The notes: generated by a model not told the origin, from the sequence alone. A DNA stretch of 64,000 nt from the human T2T-CHM13v2.0 reference genome, Homo sapiens (GCF_009914755.1 NC_060937.1); one strand, 5' to 3'. Shown: positions 47,122-62,729, numbered from the stretch's first letter. Made by a program: numbers and translations.

Positions 47122-47407
47122 TCCAGGCACAGTGGCTCACACCTGTAATCCCAGTATTTTGGGAGGTTAAGGCAGGTGGATCACTTGAGGTCAGGAGTTC
47201 AAGACCAGCCTGGTCAACGTGGCAAAACCTCGTCTCTACTAAAATTAGCCAGGCATGGTGGCACGCGCCTGCAGTCCCAGGTGCTCGGGAGGCTGAGGCA
47301 CAAGAACTGCTTGAACCGAGAGGTGGAGGTTGCAGTGAGCCAAGATGGTGCCACTGCACTCCAGCTTCGGCAACAGAGCGAGACCCTATCTCAAAAAAAA
47401 AAAAAAA
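47122..47407 (+). mobile_element. AluS
   Basis: Ends ~70 nt from the exon 5 donor. Confidence 0.9.
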
Positions 47408-47479
47408 GTGTTATTTTAGATACTTAAACCTGAAGATGAGTTATACTTTATTTCTAAAATCAAAAGAAAAGCATCCTAC

Positions 47480-47608
47480 CTCCTTATCTTGATGATAGTA
47501 GGAAAGAACTGGGAATCTTCCCTTGCTCCGGAACTTGGAACTACCAACAATTATTGGTTTGCTTGCTATCCGGGGAACATAAAGTTCTCTGGGGTAAGTT
47601 TCACAAAT
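47480..47608 (-). CDS. MTMR6: MTMR6 exon 5 ([12 protein letters not shown]...YYHQDKE)
   Basis: 129 nt; acceptor tttacag, donor GAG|gtagga; contains the myotubularin [12 protein letters not shown] motif. Confidence 0.96.
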
Positions 47609-47789
47609 CTGTAAATATCAAACAAAACATAATCATTGTATTCTTAGTTCAAAACCACTTTAAAAACCTTTAAACCTTATTAAATGCAAGAACAGCACAT
47701 TTCAGTACACAGACAACTTGCTACGCTGACACTCTCTAACCCTCTGGTACTAACACTTTCTGAATTTCTCCAAAATGTTGTTAAGGTAC

Positions 47790-47947
47790 CTTGTAGTCCC
47801 GGTTGGCATCAGACAACTGCCAGTGTGAGTTTGGCACTCCCATCCTCTTATATTCCTCAGCGAGATCAATGAGCTGCCAGCCTTGTAGTCGTTCTGAATC
47901 ATTTTGTTTGGGATTATAAGAAAATGCATAGAGATCTTCATATTTTG
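47790..47947 (-). CDS. MTMR6: MTMR6 exon 4 (AKYEDLYAFSY...DANRDYK)
   Basis: 158 nt; acceptor ttctgtag, weak donor AAG|gtacct; phase 1/0. Confidence 0.96.
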
Positions 47948-48638
47948 CTACAGAATACAAAATTTTAAATGTTAAGTGCAATTTATAAGACTTATACACT
48001 ACAAATAAATGTAATTTTTCAGTTTTCTTCCTTCATTTTTCTCTTTACAATCTTCAAAGAGATGGCTAATACCTGAATACATTTGATGTTCAGTATGCAA
48101 ATGATTATACCTAAAAAGCACACATATCAATCTGAGATTGGATTTGTCATCAACAAAAGTAAAGCTAATAAATACAGTCAGAATAGTTAGACTTACATGT
48201 TAAATCCTCTATTGCAGTATTTTTCTTAAAAGTAAAATGATAAAGACACTAATAGACATTTCCTACTAATCACTTTCCCAAATGAGATGTAAAATAGACT
48301 AATGTTATAATGAGAAGCTAGAGACAGATACAGAACATGAAACTGCATTATACATCCCTATAGGACACTGTTGACTAAAAATGGCAACTGTTGCACAGAA
48401 CTCTTGGGGTGCTTCAGAATCATCCTTACTATAAACTCTGGCTTAATTTGAGACAATAGGATGTTACAGGCTGATGTGCTCAGAGAGAAGAATGAACAAA
48501 GACCTGCTCTGAGACCACTCTTGCAGGCAGCAATCCAGATTGCTCAACCAAAATCCAGTCCGACATATAATTCAAGTCATGTTTGGGGAAGGAAGTCACC
48601 AGATCCACAGGGCATAAGTAGCGATAAGATTCTTCTTT

Positions 48639-48926
48639 AGTGGCTCATGCCTGCAATCCCAACACTTTGGGAGGCCGAGGAGGGTGGATCACAAGGTCAG
48701 GAGTTCAAGACCAGCCTGGCCAAGATGGTGAAACCCCGTCTCTACTAAAAATACAAAAATTAGCCGGGTGTGGTGGTGGCTGCCTGTAATCCCAGCTACT
48801 CAGGAAGCTGAGGCAGGGAACTGCTTGAACCTGGGAGGCGGAGGTTGCAGTGAGCTGAGATTGTGCCACTGCACTCCAGTCTGGGCGAGAGAGTAAGATT
48901 CCATCTCAAAAAAAAAAAAAAAAAAA
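48639..48926 (+). mobile_element. AluS (Sg-like)
   Basis: TSD ttcttctttag. Confidence 0.9.
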
Positions 48927-49439
48927 GGTTCTTCTTTAGGACTGCTATCCCTCTCAACCTTACTTCTACTAAAATAGAATTCACCCTCTCTTGTTTCTCT
49001 GCTTATCTTCTGTATCTCCCACTCAAATCTATTAAATATTTTAGTCCCACTGCCACCAAAGGACCTTGACCTTCCTTTTATCATTCCGTAATATCAACTT
49101 CCAAGTCATTCTCTTTGATTGTGAAATACCCACTTAAAAAATACATTGTGCTACTTGCCATCAATAGACTTAAAAGATTAATATAAACCTGTGGTTTTGT
49201 AAGTCTCTACTATAAATGCTTTACTTTTTCCTTACCATTACCCCTTCTGATGACACCATTCTTATATCAGATCAATAGTTTCTAATTACTTTCAGGCCAA
49301 TATGGGGGAGATAGAGTACAAAAGAACCTGACTGTCAGAGCAAAAAAGGATAAAATAACAATAAAAAAACATTAAATAAAGTATCTTAGATAACCCATCT
49401 CAAATTGAGCATGTAAGCTTTGGTCTCTAAGAACAATAC

Positions 49440-49602
49440 CTTGTTTTGACAGTTGTAGCAAAGAGTTGTAAATATCATGGCAATCTCTTTCTCTGGGAAC
49501 AATGAAATGCACAGTTCTGAAGTTCTTGCACTGTATCACAAGGGGGCATCCAGAAGTAGTCAAAGCAAGTTTCTCTACTGAGGCAATATGGTGGTGTAAT
49601 AT
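49440..49602 (-). CDS. MTMR6: MTMR6 exon 3 (ILHHHIASVEK...LLQLSKQ)
   Basis: 163 nt; acceptor ctgtag, donor AAG|gtattg; phase 0/1; overlaps ORF 49372..49563. Confidence 0.96.
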
Positions 49603-49749
49603 CTACAGCATGAAAAAACATCCAGGTCATCAACATGGAAAGCACTAAATATTCTCTTCTAGAATGCATAAGTTTAAGAATGTCTTCCTCAAAAAAAGTT
49701 GAAAATGTTACATACTCACTCAAACTTCACGTTTTTAAAATGACTGAAT

Positions 49750-51026
49750 GCCCAAGTCAGAAATATGGGTGTCACTCTGATCCCTCCTCCATCAGTCCAC
49801 ATACTCAAGACATTATCAGACCCTGGGAACTGCATCTCCTACATGTTTCTGTAACCCATCTACTTCTCTCTATCTCTACTGTCACATCCCTAGTTGTAAT
49901 GTCCCCACTGTTTCTCACCTGAACTACTATAAACAAACAGCCTCCTAAATGCTCTCTCCATACCTACCCCTGACCCTCTGATCCATTTTCTACAACACAG
50001 TAGTGAACATTGAAAAGCAGATTAAGAAAAGGAAGGGAATCTAGTCATTTCCAGTCCCTCTCCCGATCACTGACTATGTTCTAGTGACAACAGCCTTCTT
50101 TTGGCTCCTCAAATGCACCGAGCTCCTTTACACATGGTCAGATGCTCCCACTAACTGGAATACTGTTAACACTACCTCTTCATCTAAGAACTTCTAGACA
50201 CATTTCTGGTCTTTGCTCAAAACTCATAATAACACCAAAAGCGTAGCCTGACATGCCCCACAACCCTTTCCAAGTAAGTTAGGCCCCCTCCCTTTTCTTC
50301 CTGCAGATCAAGCTATACTTTTCCTTCACAGTGAAGGCCACTGTGAGGATGCCAGCTGCAGTGGGGGAGGTGCAGCCAGGGTTGCGCGCTCTGCAGAGCA
50401 GGCAAGACCTGGGAACAGGTGATCCCAGTGGAAGCCCCATACCCTACCGAGTTGGCAGGGCAGGAGCCACACTCCCGGGCACAGCTGCAGCCGCCCAGCC
50501 ATGGCTCTGGACCCAGGCATCCCTGTGCTCTTGGGGGCCTAGGAAACCCCCTCCCCCTGCAGGTTCAGAAGTGCCTGCTCCCACTCCCTGGCCTCTCCCA
50601 ACTCCCACTGCCTGTTCTGTGGTAGAGCAAAGTTGTGGACATGTCCCAATAGCCAAGCCCAGATACTGTCGTGATCTAGCTGGGTGTGCATGTGCTTGGG
50701 GCGGTACTGACACACCAGCCCCTAGCTGCCTTGGCCCCTCTGGAAACTGCTTCTGAGGCTGAAACTTTGGGTGCCCATGAGCACAGGAGGGAGGCTGAGG
50801 ACCTTGGGGGTGGCATGGTGCAGAGTTGATCAACATTACATCTCCAGCACCTAACACAGTACCTGGAACATTATAATTGCCCTCCTCAAATCAAAAAGCT
50901 TGCAAATGTTATATATCACACACTTCAACTTTAATTTTTTAAATGTGAATGCCCAAGCCAGAAATATGGATGTCATCCCTGATACCTCCTTTATCACAAT
51001 AAGAGTTTACTAAATGAATGAATAAA
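49750..51026. mobile_element. L2 3' region (interrupted by MER52 and a local duplicate)
   Basis: cagcacctaacacagtacctgg...aaatgaatgaataaa L2 terminus. Confidence 0.65.
50332..50822 (+). mobile_element. MER52-family ERV1 LTR fragment (GC-rich, CpG-decayed) inserted in an L2
   Basis: gccagctgcagtgggggagg...cctaccgagttggcagggcaggagcc...gaagtgcctgctccc resemble MER52. Confidence 0.75.
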
Positions 51027-51624
51027 AAGTCCTACTATAAACTCAATACTTGATGGTATTTTAAACATATGCTTATTGTTCTCACCTACTACCAATAATA
51101 TTTTGTTTGCTACTAAAAATGCCTACTTTTTCTTAATAACACTCCTATTAAAATATTTATAGAAAACTTTTCTGGAGAATAAAAGATCATAGGCTCCTAA
51201 TCATGCAAGAGATCCATTTATCCCAAATTAATCTAAAAATTCAACATAAATTTCAGTTTAAAAATTCCAATCTGCTTTGTTTTGTAGTGAGGGATGATTA
51301 TTTATATAATACACATATATTATGTAATTATTACATTATATGTTAATATTAATTATACATCTTAAATCTAAAGTTCACCTGCAAAATTAAATGCATTTAA
51401 ATAATCAAGAAAAGCTTGAAAAACAATGAGAGAAGCAGTTGTCAATGGAAATTAAAACTACATAGAGAACAAATAATTAACACACACACACACATATATA
51501 GTCCTTACGGCTAAGATTTAGCACCATTATCACTTATATTAATGCGCCTGTGACAAGTTACTAAAAATGATCTAATAATAACATTTAAACAGAGAATAAG
51601 GAATAAAAGCTAACTGTAATATTA

Positions 51625-51824
51625 CAAGTTGAGAACCCTTTATCCAAAATGTTTGGGACTAGAAGTATTTCAAATTTTGGATTTTTAAAGATTTTGGTAT
51701 ATTTGCATTATACTTATCAATTGACATCCCTAATCTGAAAATCTGAAATCTGAAATGCTCCAATGAGCATTTCCTTTGAACATCATGTCAGTGCTGAATT
51801 TTTGGATTGGGGATATTCAACCTG
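51625..51824. mobile_element. Tigger4a/MER46A DNA transposon
   Basis: TIRs caagttgagaaccc...gggatattcaacctg flanked by TA. Confidence 0.8.
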
Positions 51825-53504
51825 TACATCACTGTTCTGATTTTAATTATAAAAACCCAAAAGTATTTGCAGGAAGAAAATGATGAAGAAACCTGGTCCT
51901 ACCACTAACTAGTTATGTGATTTTGAAAACATAATCAACTGTAAAGTGAGAAAAAGGATATAAGGTTGATACGGCCCCTTCTGGATCTAAAATGTTCATT
52001 TCTATGGCTCTAGTATATTAAACAAACTTCATTTAGGGCAAACATAAGGGAATATACTGATAAGAAAGCATTTAAAAGACAACAATAGGAGAGTAGAGAA
52101 TAACACAGATATCTTTTTGTTGCCCCTCAAACTACATTCCCAGCAGCTGAGGGAATAGCTATACGGGAAGCCTTCATTTATATCTCTACGAGATGGATAA
52201 TAGAGAAAATACTGAAGCAAGTGGACAAAGGAGGGGTAGATGGAGTGGATGATAATATGACTAATTATTTCAGAAGGTACTGCTAGGTAAAATTCCTGGC
52301 AATTCTTGGACAAACACTGGATGAAGAAGGGATCCAGTGCCTCTAGGGAATACAACTTCTCCAAGATCAGTATCTCAAGTGAGTTTCCTTAACAGCTGAT
52401 ATAGAATCATATATCAATTGGTTAGCCTTCTTGGGGAAATCAGAAGAGTACAATCAAAGAGAGAAAGAGAAGAGAACAGTATGACAGTATGTGCAGTACA
52501 GGGGTGTACCACAGAGCAACATCAATCTCTGGACTGGGAGGCATAATTGACCTCTAATCTTGATTCAACTGCTTAGAAAAATAGTATGAGCAGCTATGAT
52601 TTACGCCACTACTATGTTTTACGCACAGATGTTTTTCATATTTTCTTTCATCTAAGACTCACAAAAGCCCTACATGATGACTGATGCTATATACCCATTT
52701 TATGTGGGTGCTAAGCTCGAAAGTTACATACTTTTTGGCAGACACTGTTGGTCTGCCATTCCTCCCCCCCTTCCTTACTTGCAACATCCTTTTCCCTCAA
52801 GAGATAAAAAATACTAGGATCTACATTCTCTGCCTCCTTTTCAGGTAGGAGTAGCCAAGTGTCCGGATTTTCAAACAATCAGATGTTAGGGAAAGTTAGC
52901 TGGGGGCCTTCTGAGAGAGCTTCTCCTCCCTGATAAGCGATGGGGCTACTGAGGAAAGCCTACCCACCTCTCCTGCTTTGCAAGGTTTGGCACCATGTTC
53001 AGTCAGGTATTCATTTACTTACAGCCAAAAGCACCCTGACATAGTCACCCAAGCAGTGAACAGCAGAGCTGACATTTGAACCCAAAGCTACCTGACAACA
53101 CAGTCTACGTGAGCTCCTTTTACTACTCTACACTGCCTGTGTAACAATGAATGAATTGCCACTTGCCTGAGCTTCAGCTTCTTCATCTATAAAGTGGAGG
53201 TTCTAAAAGCTGGCAGAGCTAGTGGCACAGAAACATGCCCAAGTCTCTTCCTCTCAGGCACAGAGACACAAGCCCCATATTCTAACCACCTTTCCTACTT
53301 CTTTTTCTGCTTAGCACTTATCACTATGTATTTTACTTATCTACCTACTTATTGGTGATGTTATCAATATCTTTCAGCACTACAATGTTGGCTCCATGAG
53401 GATAGAATTTGTACCTGTTATTATTGGCTATTGTTTCCAAAATATCTAGAATAGTGATATGAAACACACTGTATATGCTCAATAAATGTGTGCTAAATGA
53501 ATTC

Positions 53505-55130
53505 TAAAACAGAAAAGGAAGAACAAAGAATCCAAAATAGCCATGGCAATTTTGAAGAACAAGTTGGGAGGGTATGCTCTACTTGATATCAAAATTTATT
53601 TAAAAGCTATAGTCAATAAAACAGTGTGGTACAGTGTAGTCAGTATACCAAACGAATAGAAAAGAAAACTCAAAAGCAGAGCCTCACATACATGGAAGAT
53701 GTTTTTATGACAGAGCTGGTACCAAAGACGAATGGAATGAAACAGTCAATAAATGGCGCCGGTCGTCTATACGAAAACATAAAAATGAATCCCTAGTCAC
53801 ATCATACACCAAAATATTTCCCAGATGTATTAACAACTTACAGGATCAAACTTAAGCTTTTAGAAGAAAATATAGAAGAACCTTTATGACTTTGACATAG
53901 GAAAGGATTTCTTAAGTCACAACAGAGCACAAACAATAAAAGAAAAAAATGAAAAATCTATAACATTAAAAATATAAACTTCAACTGAAAGACATATAAA
54001 ATAAAAAACAGAGAAGACAAGCCACACACTGGGAAAAGCTATCTATGACACACACATCTGACAAAGCATTATAACCTAGAACTCTTTATTTGTTTTCTTG
54101 AATAATACTTTTTTTTTTAATTCAGTGGGTACATGTGCAGGTTTGTAATATGAATATACTGAATGATCCTGAGGTTTGAGCTTTGACTGAACCCATAGCC
54201 CAGACAGTGAACACAGTACCCAAGAGGTAGTTTTTCAACCCTTGTTCCTCTACTTCCCTCCCTCCCACCTCTATTAGTCTATTAATGTCTATTGTTCCCA
54301 TCTTTGTGCTCGTATGTACCCAATGTTAAGCTCCCACTTATAAGTGAGAACACGCAGTATACGGTTTTTTGTTTGTGTTAATTCATTTAGAATAATGGCT
54401 TCCACCTGCATCCATGTTGCTGTAAAGGCCATGATTTTGTTCTCTTTTTATGGCTGTGGTGAATATGCACCACTTTTTCTTTATCCAATCCACTGCTAAT
54501 GGGCACCTAGGTTGATTCCATAGCTTTGCTATTGTGAACAGCGCTGCAACAAACATGCAAATGCCCGTGTCTTTTTGGTTGATTTATTTTCCTTTGAGTA
54601 TATATCCAGTAAAAGGATTGCTGGGTTGAATGGTAATTCTATTTGTAGCCCAGAACTTTTATAAAATCAATAAAAGACAAACAACCCAATAAAAAAAGAA
54701 AAGGAAACTCTTTCCTTTTTCTTTATCTGAAAAGGGTAAATTCTTTATAATCAGCTCATTAACATTACAATTGGACATCTACTAGATAGGCAAAAAATTT
54801 TAAATTGACAATATCAATGTTGTTGAGGATGTACAACATTGTGTAATACACTACTGAGAATAAATTGGAACAACCATTTTGAAGAGGTGACATACTTAGT
54901 AAGGTTATATATGCACTTATTCAAGACCCAATAATTTTACTCCCAGACAAATATCCCAGAGAAACTCTGGCAAATATACAGAAAGAAACATATACATATG
55001 TCTCATATAAATACACAAAATGTTGTTTACATGTATATGTACATTGCAACATTTATACTAGCAAAAAAAATAAGTACCCTAATTAAAATTTGTATAAAAA
55101 CACTGTGGAATATACCAAACAATCCGTTTG
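53505..55130 (+). mobile_element. Old L1M fragment
   Basis: aaaatagcc..caattttgaagaac, aaaacagtgtggtac and other ORF2 3' motifs. Confidence 0.65.
54088..54648 (-). mobile_element. Primate L1 (L1PA15/16-L1PB-like) 3' end inserted into the older L1
   Basis: gtacatgtgcaggtttg, gctcccacttataagtgagaaca; TSD-like cctagaactcttta/cccagaactttta. Confidence 0.85.
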
Positions 55131-55165
55131 ATCTGTTAATGTGTACATATTTTTTAGATTTTTAA

Positions 55166-55484
<319 letters not shown>

Positions 55485-55731
55485 CTAGGAACAACAGGTA
55501 TTTCATAATTATTTATGGAGATAAGAGTGTGGTATTTTATAGAATTCCATGTTACATATTCTATAACTGATTTATTAGAAGGGAGGGCAGGAGTGATCTG
55601 GAGACCAAAAAATATTTTGGTTGAGATAGGTAACCAATGATTAAAAATTGTGTTATACACATTCAAAATAAAACATGACAGACCAAGTCCATTATTATTA
55701 TGATAAATAGTACAGCTGCGGTCCTCCTTAC

Positions 55732-55848
55732 CCAGGTTTCTTTTTGATGAGAGTCGATAAATAATAGATGTGTAGCCGTAAGATACAGTGTTCCTGTTAA
55801 TGACTTGTTGCTGGTACTGAATCGGTCAAGTAATTTTACTTGTTCGAC
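55732..55848 (-). CDS. MTMR6: MTMR6 exon 2 (aa 9-47, [10 protein letters not shown]...HQKETW), PH-GRAM domain
   Basis: 117 nt; acceptor ttttcttttag, donor TGG|gtaagg; phase 0/0. Confidence 0.96.
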
Positions 55849-56604
55849 CTAAAAGAAAAAAAGATATTATTTCTCATTTCAAAAGTAGTATAAATTATTT
55901 TTCTGTTAGCCCAGGACTTACATGCACCATTCTCAATTTTTTCTTCCTCCTAAAATCATAAGAGCTTATTTAATACTTACTGTTAAATTCCATATATCTT
56001 TTTGGGGAATGTATAAGCCACAAATAACATAGAGATTATTTACAGTTACAAATGTAACCAATAGAGAACCACATTGTAAAAAACAGTAACACTTATATTG
56101 AGGGTAGCAAGAAACAGGGGTACAGTACAAATAAGCAAAAACATTTTTCATACCCAAGAGTCAACATTTTTATCTAAAGTTGGAAAATCAAAAAATAAAT
56201 ATATTATTATCTAGTTTTAGAGTAAACTACCAGAAAAATTAAATCAGGAAACATTTAAATGGTTGCCAACTCCAACTTAGTCTCTATATTCTCTTCACTA
56301 TCCCACACCAGGGCAATGATTGTTTTTTGTCCACCTCTGGGCTTTTACTCACACTGTTCTCTGTTTCTAAAATGGTCTCTTCTGCTTAGCTAAGTGGCAA
56401 GCATTCTTCAAGACTCACTAACATCCTGCCTCCTAACATTAATCCTTATTAGAAAATCAGTTCATTACTTATGTTTTGGCTTTGCATTCCTCTGCAGCTC
56501 TGAATTCCCTGGCATAGATTATGTCCTATGCTGCTTTGGCCTCCTCTACTGCCTGAGCTGATAAGGCACATAGTATGTTTTTATGAATACTAGTAGACAG
56601 ACAG

Positions 56605-56619
56605 ACACACACACACACA

Positions 56620-56693
<74 letters not shown>
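56605..56693. repeat. Long (CA)n microsatellite, ~44 units with one interruption
   Basis: Direct reading. Confidence 0.97.
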
Positions 56694-56696
<3 letters not shown>

Positions 56697-56731
56697 TGTT
56701 GCTGCTGGCGTGGAGAGTGGGACTAGGGCTA

Positions 56732-57249
<518 letters not shown>

Positions 57250-57266
57250 TTAATATATTTCATTAC

Positions 57267-57620
57267 CGCCGGGTGTGGTGGCTCACGCCTGTAATCCCAG
57301 CACTTTGGGAGGCTAAGGCAGGGGAATCATGAGGTCAGGAGTTCAAGACCAGCCTGCCCAACATGGTGAAACCCCGTCTCTATCAAAAATACAAAAAATT
57401 AGCTAGGTGTAGTGGCGGGCGCCTATAATCCTAGCTACTCGGGAGGCTGAGGCAGGAGAATCACTTGAATCTGGGGGTCAGAGGTTGCGGTGAGCCAAGA
57501 TTGCACCACTGCACTCCCGCCTGGGCAACAAGAGCGAAACTCCGTCTCAAAAAAGAAGGGAGGGGAGGGGAGGGGAGGGGAGAGGAGGGGAGGGGAGAGG
57601 AGGGGAGGGGAGAGGAAGGC
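57267..57620 (+). mobile_element. AluS followed by a (GGGGA/GGAGA)n purine tract (57555-57619)
   Basis: Alu tail expanded into a G-rich pentamer repeat. Confidence 0.9.
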
Positions 57621-59999
57621 TTTCTACTTAAAAACCTGAATAAAGATTTCTCTTAGAGGTCAACATTTATTTCACTGTTTAGGACTATTTCTCCCTTAAA
57701 TAAAAATCTAGCTTCATTTTACAACACACTGCAAATCCAAACTTAAACACCTTTTAAGACAAATGGGATCAACTACTGTTTACTCCTCTTCATTGTGCGT
57801 GACTTGGCTGGAAAGGGCACTGTGGCCAACCACCACCGAGCAATTATTGCAATATAGATCTCACCTGTCTTTTTGGGTGGAGCCACAGAGCCAAACCATA
57901 TCATTTCCTAAGCTATTAAAACAAAGTTTTTAAGGCTCTAACAAGAAGACAGTTGATGAATATATATGGAAATAAAGGTTACCACAAAGTATCAACACTA
58001 CTCAAGCAAATAATTTGTGTCCACATCATTCAGTAGAGTTTCAAATAGCTTCTCAGAAAAAATTAAAAAGTCTACTGGCAAGTAGTTTAAAAGTGGGGAG
58101 GGGCTGATTTTATTACTATTTAAATAGGAAGTTTGCTTTAAAAAGAAATCCATGTGAAATTTTAAATTTGTGGATTTTTTGAAGATCATAAATATTCCTG
58201 GTTGTGCTCCAATTATAAACCTCAAATTGTAACTTCTCTATGAGGCACAAGTATCTACAAAGCTTCTATACATGCAAAACAATCACACCGCTTTTCATTT
58301 GGATTTTATTCCTCTTCTGTCCATCCCCTGTTCACTATTACTCTTCCTCAGGGGTCCATTCTCTATAGGAATCTTACCTACTGTCATTATGTTAGCCTAT
58401 ATTTTAATGACTCCCAAAACTGTATGTCCAGCTCTGCTGTCTCCTGAGTTCACACTGTCTGCTACACAGATAATATTTCCTGACATACTAGTGAGGTCTC
58501 ACTATGTGCCTAGTGCTGTGATAAGTGCTTACCATACATTATTTCTTTTAATTTTCACAACTCCTGTGTAGTATGTACTAGTACTGTCCCCACAGAAACT
58601 GGGACTTGGTGAGGTTGGTTAGTCATCTCAAAGTCATACAGCTAGAAGCAGCTAGTGGTATAGCTTAGTCATAAACCTATGTGATCTGATTCCCAAGCCA
58701 AAACACCTTCCCACTATGCTATACTGCCTCCACTTAGATGTGTTTGAGCCGTGTTATACATACTGAACGCAAAACTGATTTCCCCTCTCACCCCTCACAA
58801 ATACATTTCTAATTCTGTATTTTGGATGTGAGTTAATGTTACTCCTCCATCCTTATCAAGTCACCCACACTGGAAATCCGTGAATGATCCTATGACTTCT
58901 TCTCAACCCCCAACATTCAATCAATCACCAATTCCTACCATTTTTATCACCTAAATATTTTTAAATCTGCCCCTTTCACCACTATTAAAGTAATTCCTAA
59001 ATTATAATGAAAGCCTCTGTTCATGTATCTGTCTTTTCCACTAAAGACTAACATAGCCCAGGGCAAAGACTGTCTTTCATTTATGCATGAATATCTCCTA
59101 ACGGTTAGTAGAGTGTCTGACACAATAAATGTTTGTTGAACTAAGATGAACGGCCACAGAAAAATTATTCCCCCAGGTGAAAACCAGAAGGTGTGCCCAA
59201 TTTACCAGTGATCCCTTTTGTTGAAATCATTTGATTTATTAAATAAGATTCTTCTTTATCCCATTATACTTTTCCTCATCTCTCTGCTATCTTTTCCCTA
59301 CACAGTGGGTGAACAGTAGGTATTCATTCAGTAATTCTTGAATAAACCAGCAACAAACTAAAAGCAAATAGAAAACTACTAGTAGAACACATAGGTATAG
59401 TTCAGTTTTTGGTTTTGGGTTTTTTTTCTGTGTGTAGTACATGTCTGGACTTTCAATCCTCTATCCCCACTCCATCATTCGATTAGAATAAAATCACTCC
59501 TCTAGAACTGTATAGTTCTTTCTGGCTGGGTCTCTTATCAAGGTGGGAAATTTGTGGTGAAAATGCTCTTTCCAACACTCTAAGCCTATTTCCTGACTCC
59601 CCTTAGTTTTATATGCAAAATAATCTGAAATTCTCTTTGTTAGATCTTTAATTTTGGTCAGCTATACAGGATTCAAATCCTAGCTGTTCATATGAATCAC
59701 CTCTAAAACTTTGCAAAAGTACAAATCCAAAGCCTCACCCCAACTTCACTCAGTTATCTGAGGAGATGGAGACTAAGAATCCGTATTTTTCATAAGTTCA
59801 CCTGCTCATCTTATGCAACTGACATTTCTTCTAACTTTAACTCCAAATTAATTCCTCTGACTCTTAACACACATGAGGCTAGCTTCCTTCTCTACCTTTA
59901 GGCTCTTTTCCCAAATATTAACAGCCTCAGCTTATCTATTTCTCCCACATTTTAAAGGAGCTTATTACAACTTTGATCCTTTAAAATGCACAACTGCTA

Positions 60000-60583
<584 letters not shown>

Positions 60584-60816
60584 CAGATGCACAACTCCAT
60601 TACATGCACGCACACACTCAAACACACATACATCTTTGAAGAACATGTAGATAAATATATACTATCAGGAAAGAGTTTACTAATTCACTCAACAAAAATG
60701 TACTGGCTATCAACTAAGGGCCAATCTATCTGTATCTCATTTCTTTATCTCTAAAATAAGGACAATAATCTCTTTTCAGAAAGCTACTGAAAGGTTGGAT
60801 AATAAATGTCAGGTAC

Positions 60817-61180
60817 TGATATGGTTTGGCTCTGTGTCCCCGTCCAAATTTCATCTTGGATTGTAATCCCCATGTGTGCAGGAAGTGACCTGGTGGGAGG
60901 TGATTGGATCATGGGGGTGGTTTCCCCCATGCTGTTCTCTCTTCACAGTGAGTCCTCATGAGTTCTAATGGTTTTAAAGTGGGACACTTTCCCCCTTTGC
61001 TCTCTCTCTCTCCTGCCACCATGAGAAGACGTGTCTTGCTTCCCTTCACCTTCCACCAAGATTGTAAGTTTCCTGAGGCCTCTCCAGCCATGTGGAACTT
61101 GAGTCAATTAAACCTCTTTCCTCTATAAATTACCCAGTCTTGAGTTGTTCTTTATAGCAGTGTGAAAATGGACTAATACA
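60817..61180 (+). mobile_element. THE1D/MSTA-like MaLR solo LTR
   Basis: tgatatggtttggctctgtgtcccc...ggactaataca; 5-bp TSD GGTAC. Confidence 0.88.
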
Positions 61181-62729
61181 GGTACTTTATTTGCCTAATA
61201 AATATAAGCAATAATATTTGTGCTCAAGTAAATATTTGCAAAACTACTGTAGTTAGTAATCTAGTCAAGTAGGTAGAGCCCTGACAGTCCTCTATGTCAA
61301 GCTACTATCCAGATAAGTTCAAATGGAGAAAGGAAGAAGGATGCGTATGGAGTTTAAAAGGCAAATTCCATATTTTAAGGTGCTCCATAGTTGGAAGAAA
61401 CTACTGTAAATGATGAAAGCACAGATCAGCAAAATGTTCTTCACTAATGGGAATAGGGAAAATACAAAATTCTCAACAGAGGAAATATAACATTTATGTC
61501 TCAATAGCAGAGGTTTATCTGATGAAAAAAAAACCGTATGTTAAGGTACAAAATCTGTGCTGTAGATTAAAAAAGATACAGAGGTTTTTAAGCACAGTAG
61601 TCCATTAGGAAATATGGCTTGTAAGATCATTCCAGTGTGAATGTGGAGAAAATGCTGAGTTGATTAAGGGCAACCAGGTAAGAAGCTAATGAAGCCATCT
61701 AAGTGACTGGCTGATATAATTAGGGCCTGGAGTAAGCTGTGACAGAGAGGAAGTCCATCTTGAGATAATAACAAAACTGATAACGGAAGGAAGAAAGGAG
61801 GAAAAACAGAGATTCCTTAAGGGTTTTAAGCTTGTCACACTGGTTGCCATTCACTAAGATAAAGTAGTACAGAGAAGAAAATGTCTGAAAGGAATGTCTT
61901 TAATATAACAAACTGAGGACTATCTTAGCATAAACCAACTTATATTCAAATCTATATAACAGAAAATCATTACATACAACTGCTTCAATGGGTAATCTCC
62001 ATATGAATGTGACAGATAGTGAAATTAATCTGAAATCATTCCACAACATTTATTTAGTATTTACACTAAAGTTCTCAAGAAAATAAGAGAATTTCTGAGA
62101 AAATACACTGATTATTTTGCTCTTTGTGGCAAATCCCACCCCTCACCCCTAAGGAGGGGAAATCAAATGTTTTTCTTTGCTAAAATCATTGGCATACAAA
62201 TTTCAAACCACAGACTTAGTCAACTTCTAAAAACCAACTGCTTCTTTATATTTCCCCCTTTCAGCAAGGAACTAAAAGTATTTTACAGATGTTGCTACAG
62301 ATTTTCCCCAGTCTGTTCTTGGAAATGTATTAAGTCAGATGTTTAGGAAGCAACTACAATTCTTTCCGGTCACTAACACTGAAGTACTAAGAAACTATTA
62401 GGATCCTTAAATTATAGGTATCATCACAGCCAAAAAGTAAATGAAAAAAAAGAAAAAAAGACTTTGGGAAAAGAAAGAACAAACGAAAAACGAAAATGTG
62501 GCAAGGAGAAAGGAATTGGAAGATGTCGCTTTGGTGAGGAATGGTAAATGCCAACACACATTACTTTAAGGACTATTTAGTTGAATTGTTGCCAACTATG
62601 GGCCTGCACTAAAAGGTACCCTAATGGTCCAGGCAGAAAGTTCAAATTTCAGCCAATTATAAAATTAGAACTGGAAAACACAGAGAACCCCACACATACA
62701 GAATCACACTCAGAAAATGTTGGGGCCAC

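Noticed and set aside
50326-50857. GC-rich block with 137-141 aa ORFs, resembling a CpG island or internal promoter
   Set aside because: MER52-type LTR fragment with decayed CpGs; the ORFs reflect GC content.
54695-54724. Small hairpin aaagaaaaggaaa-ctc-tttcctttttcttt
   Set aside because: Low-complexity sequence inside an old L1; not distinguishable from chance.
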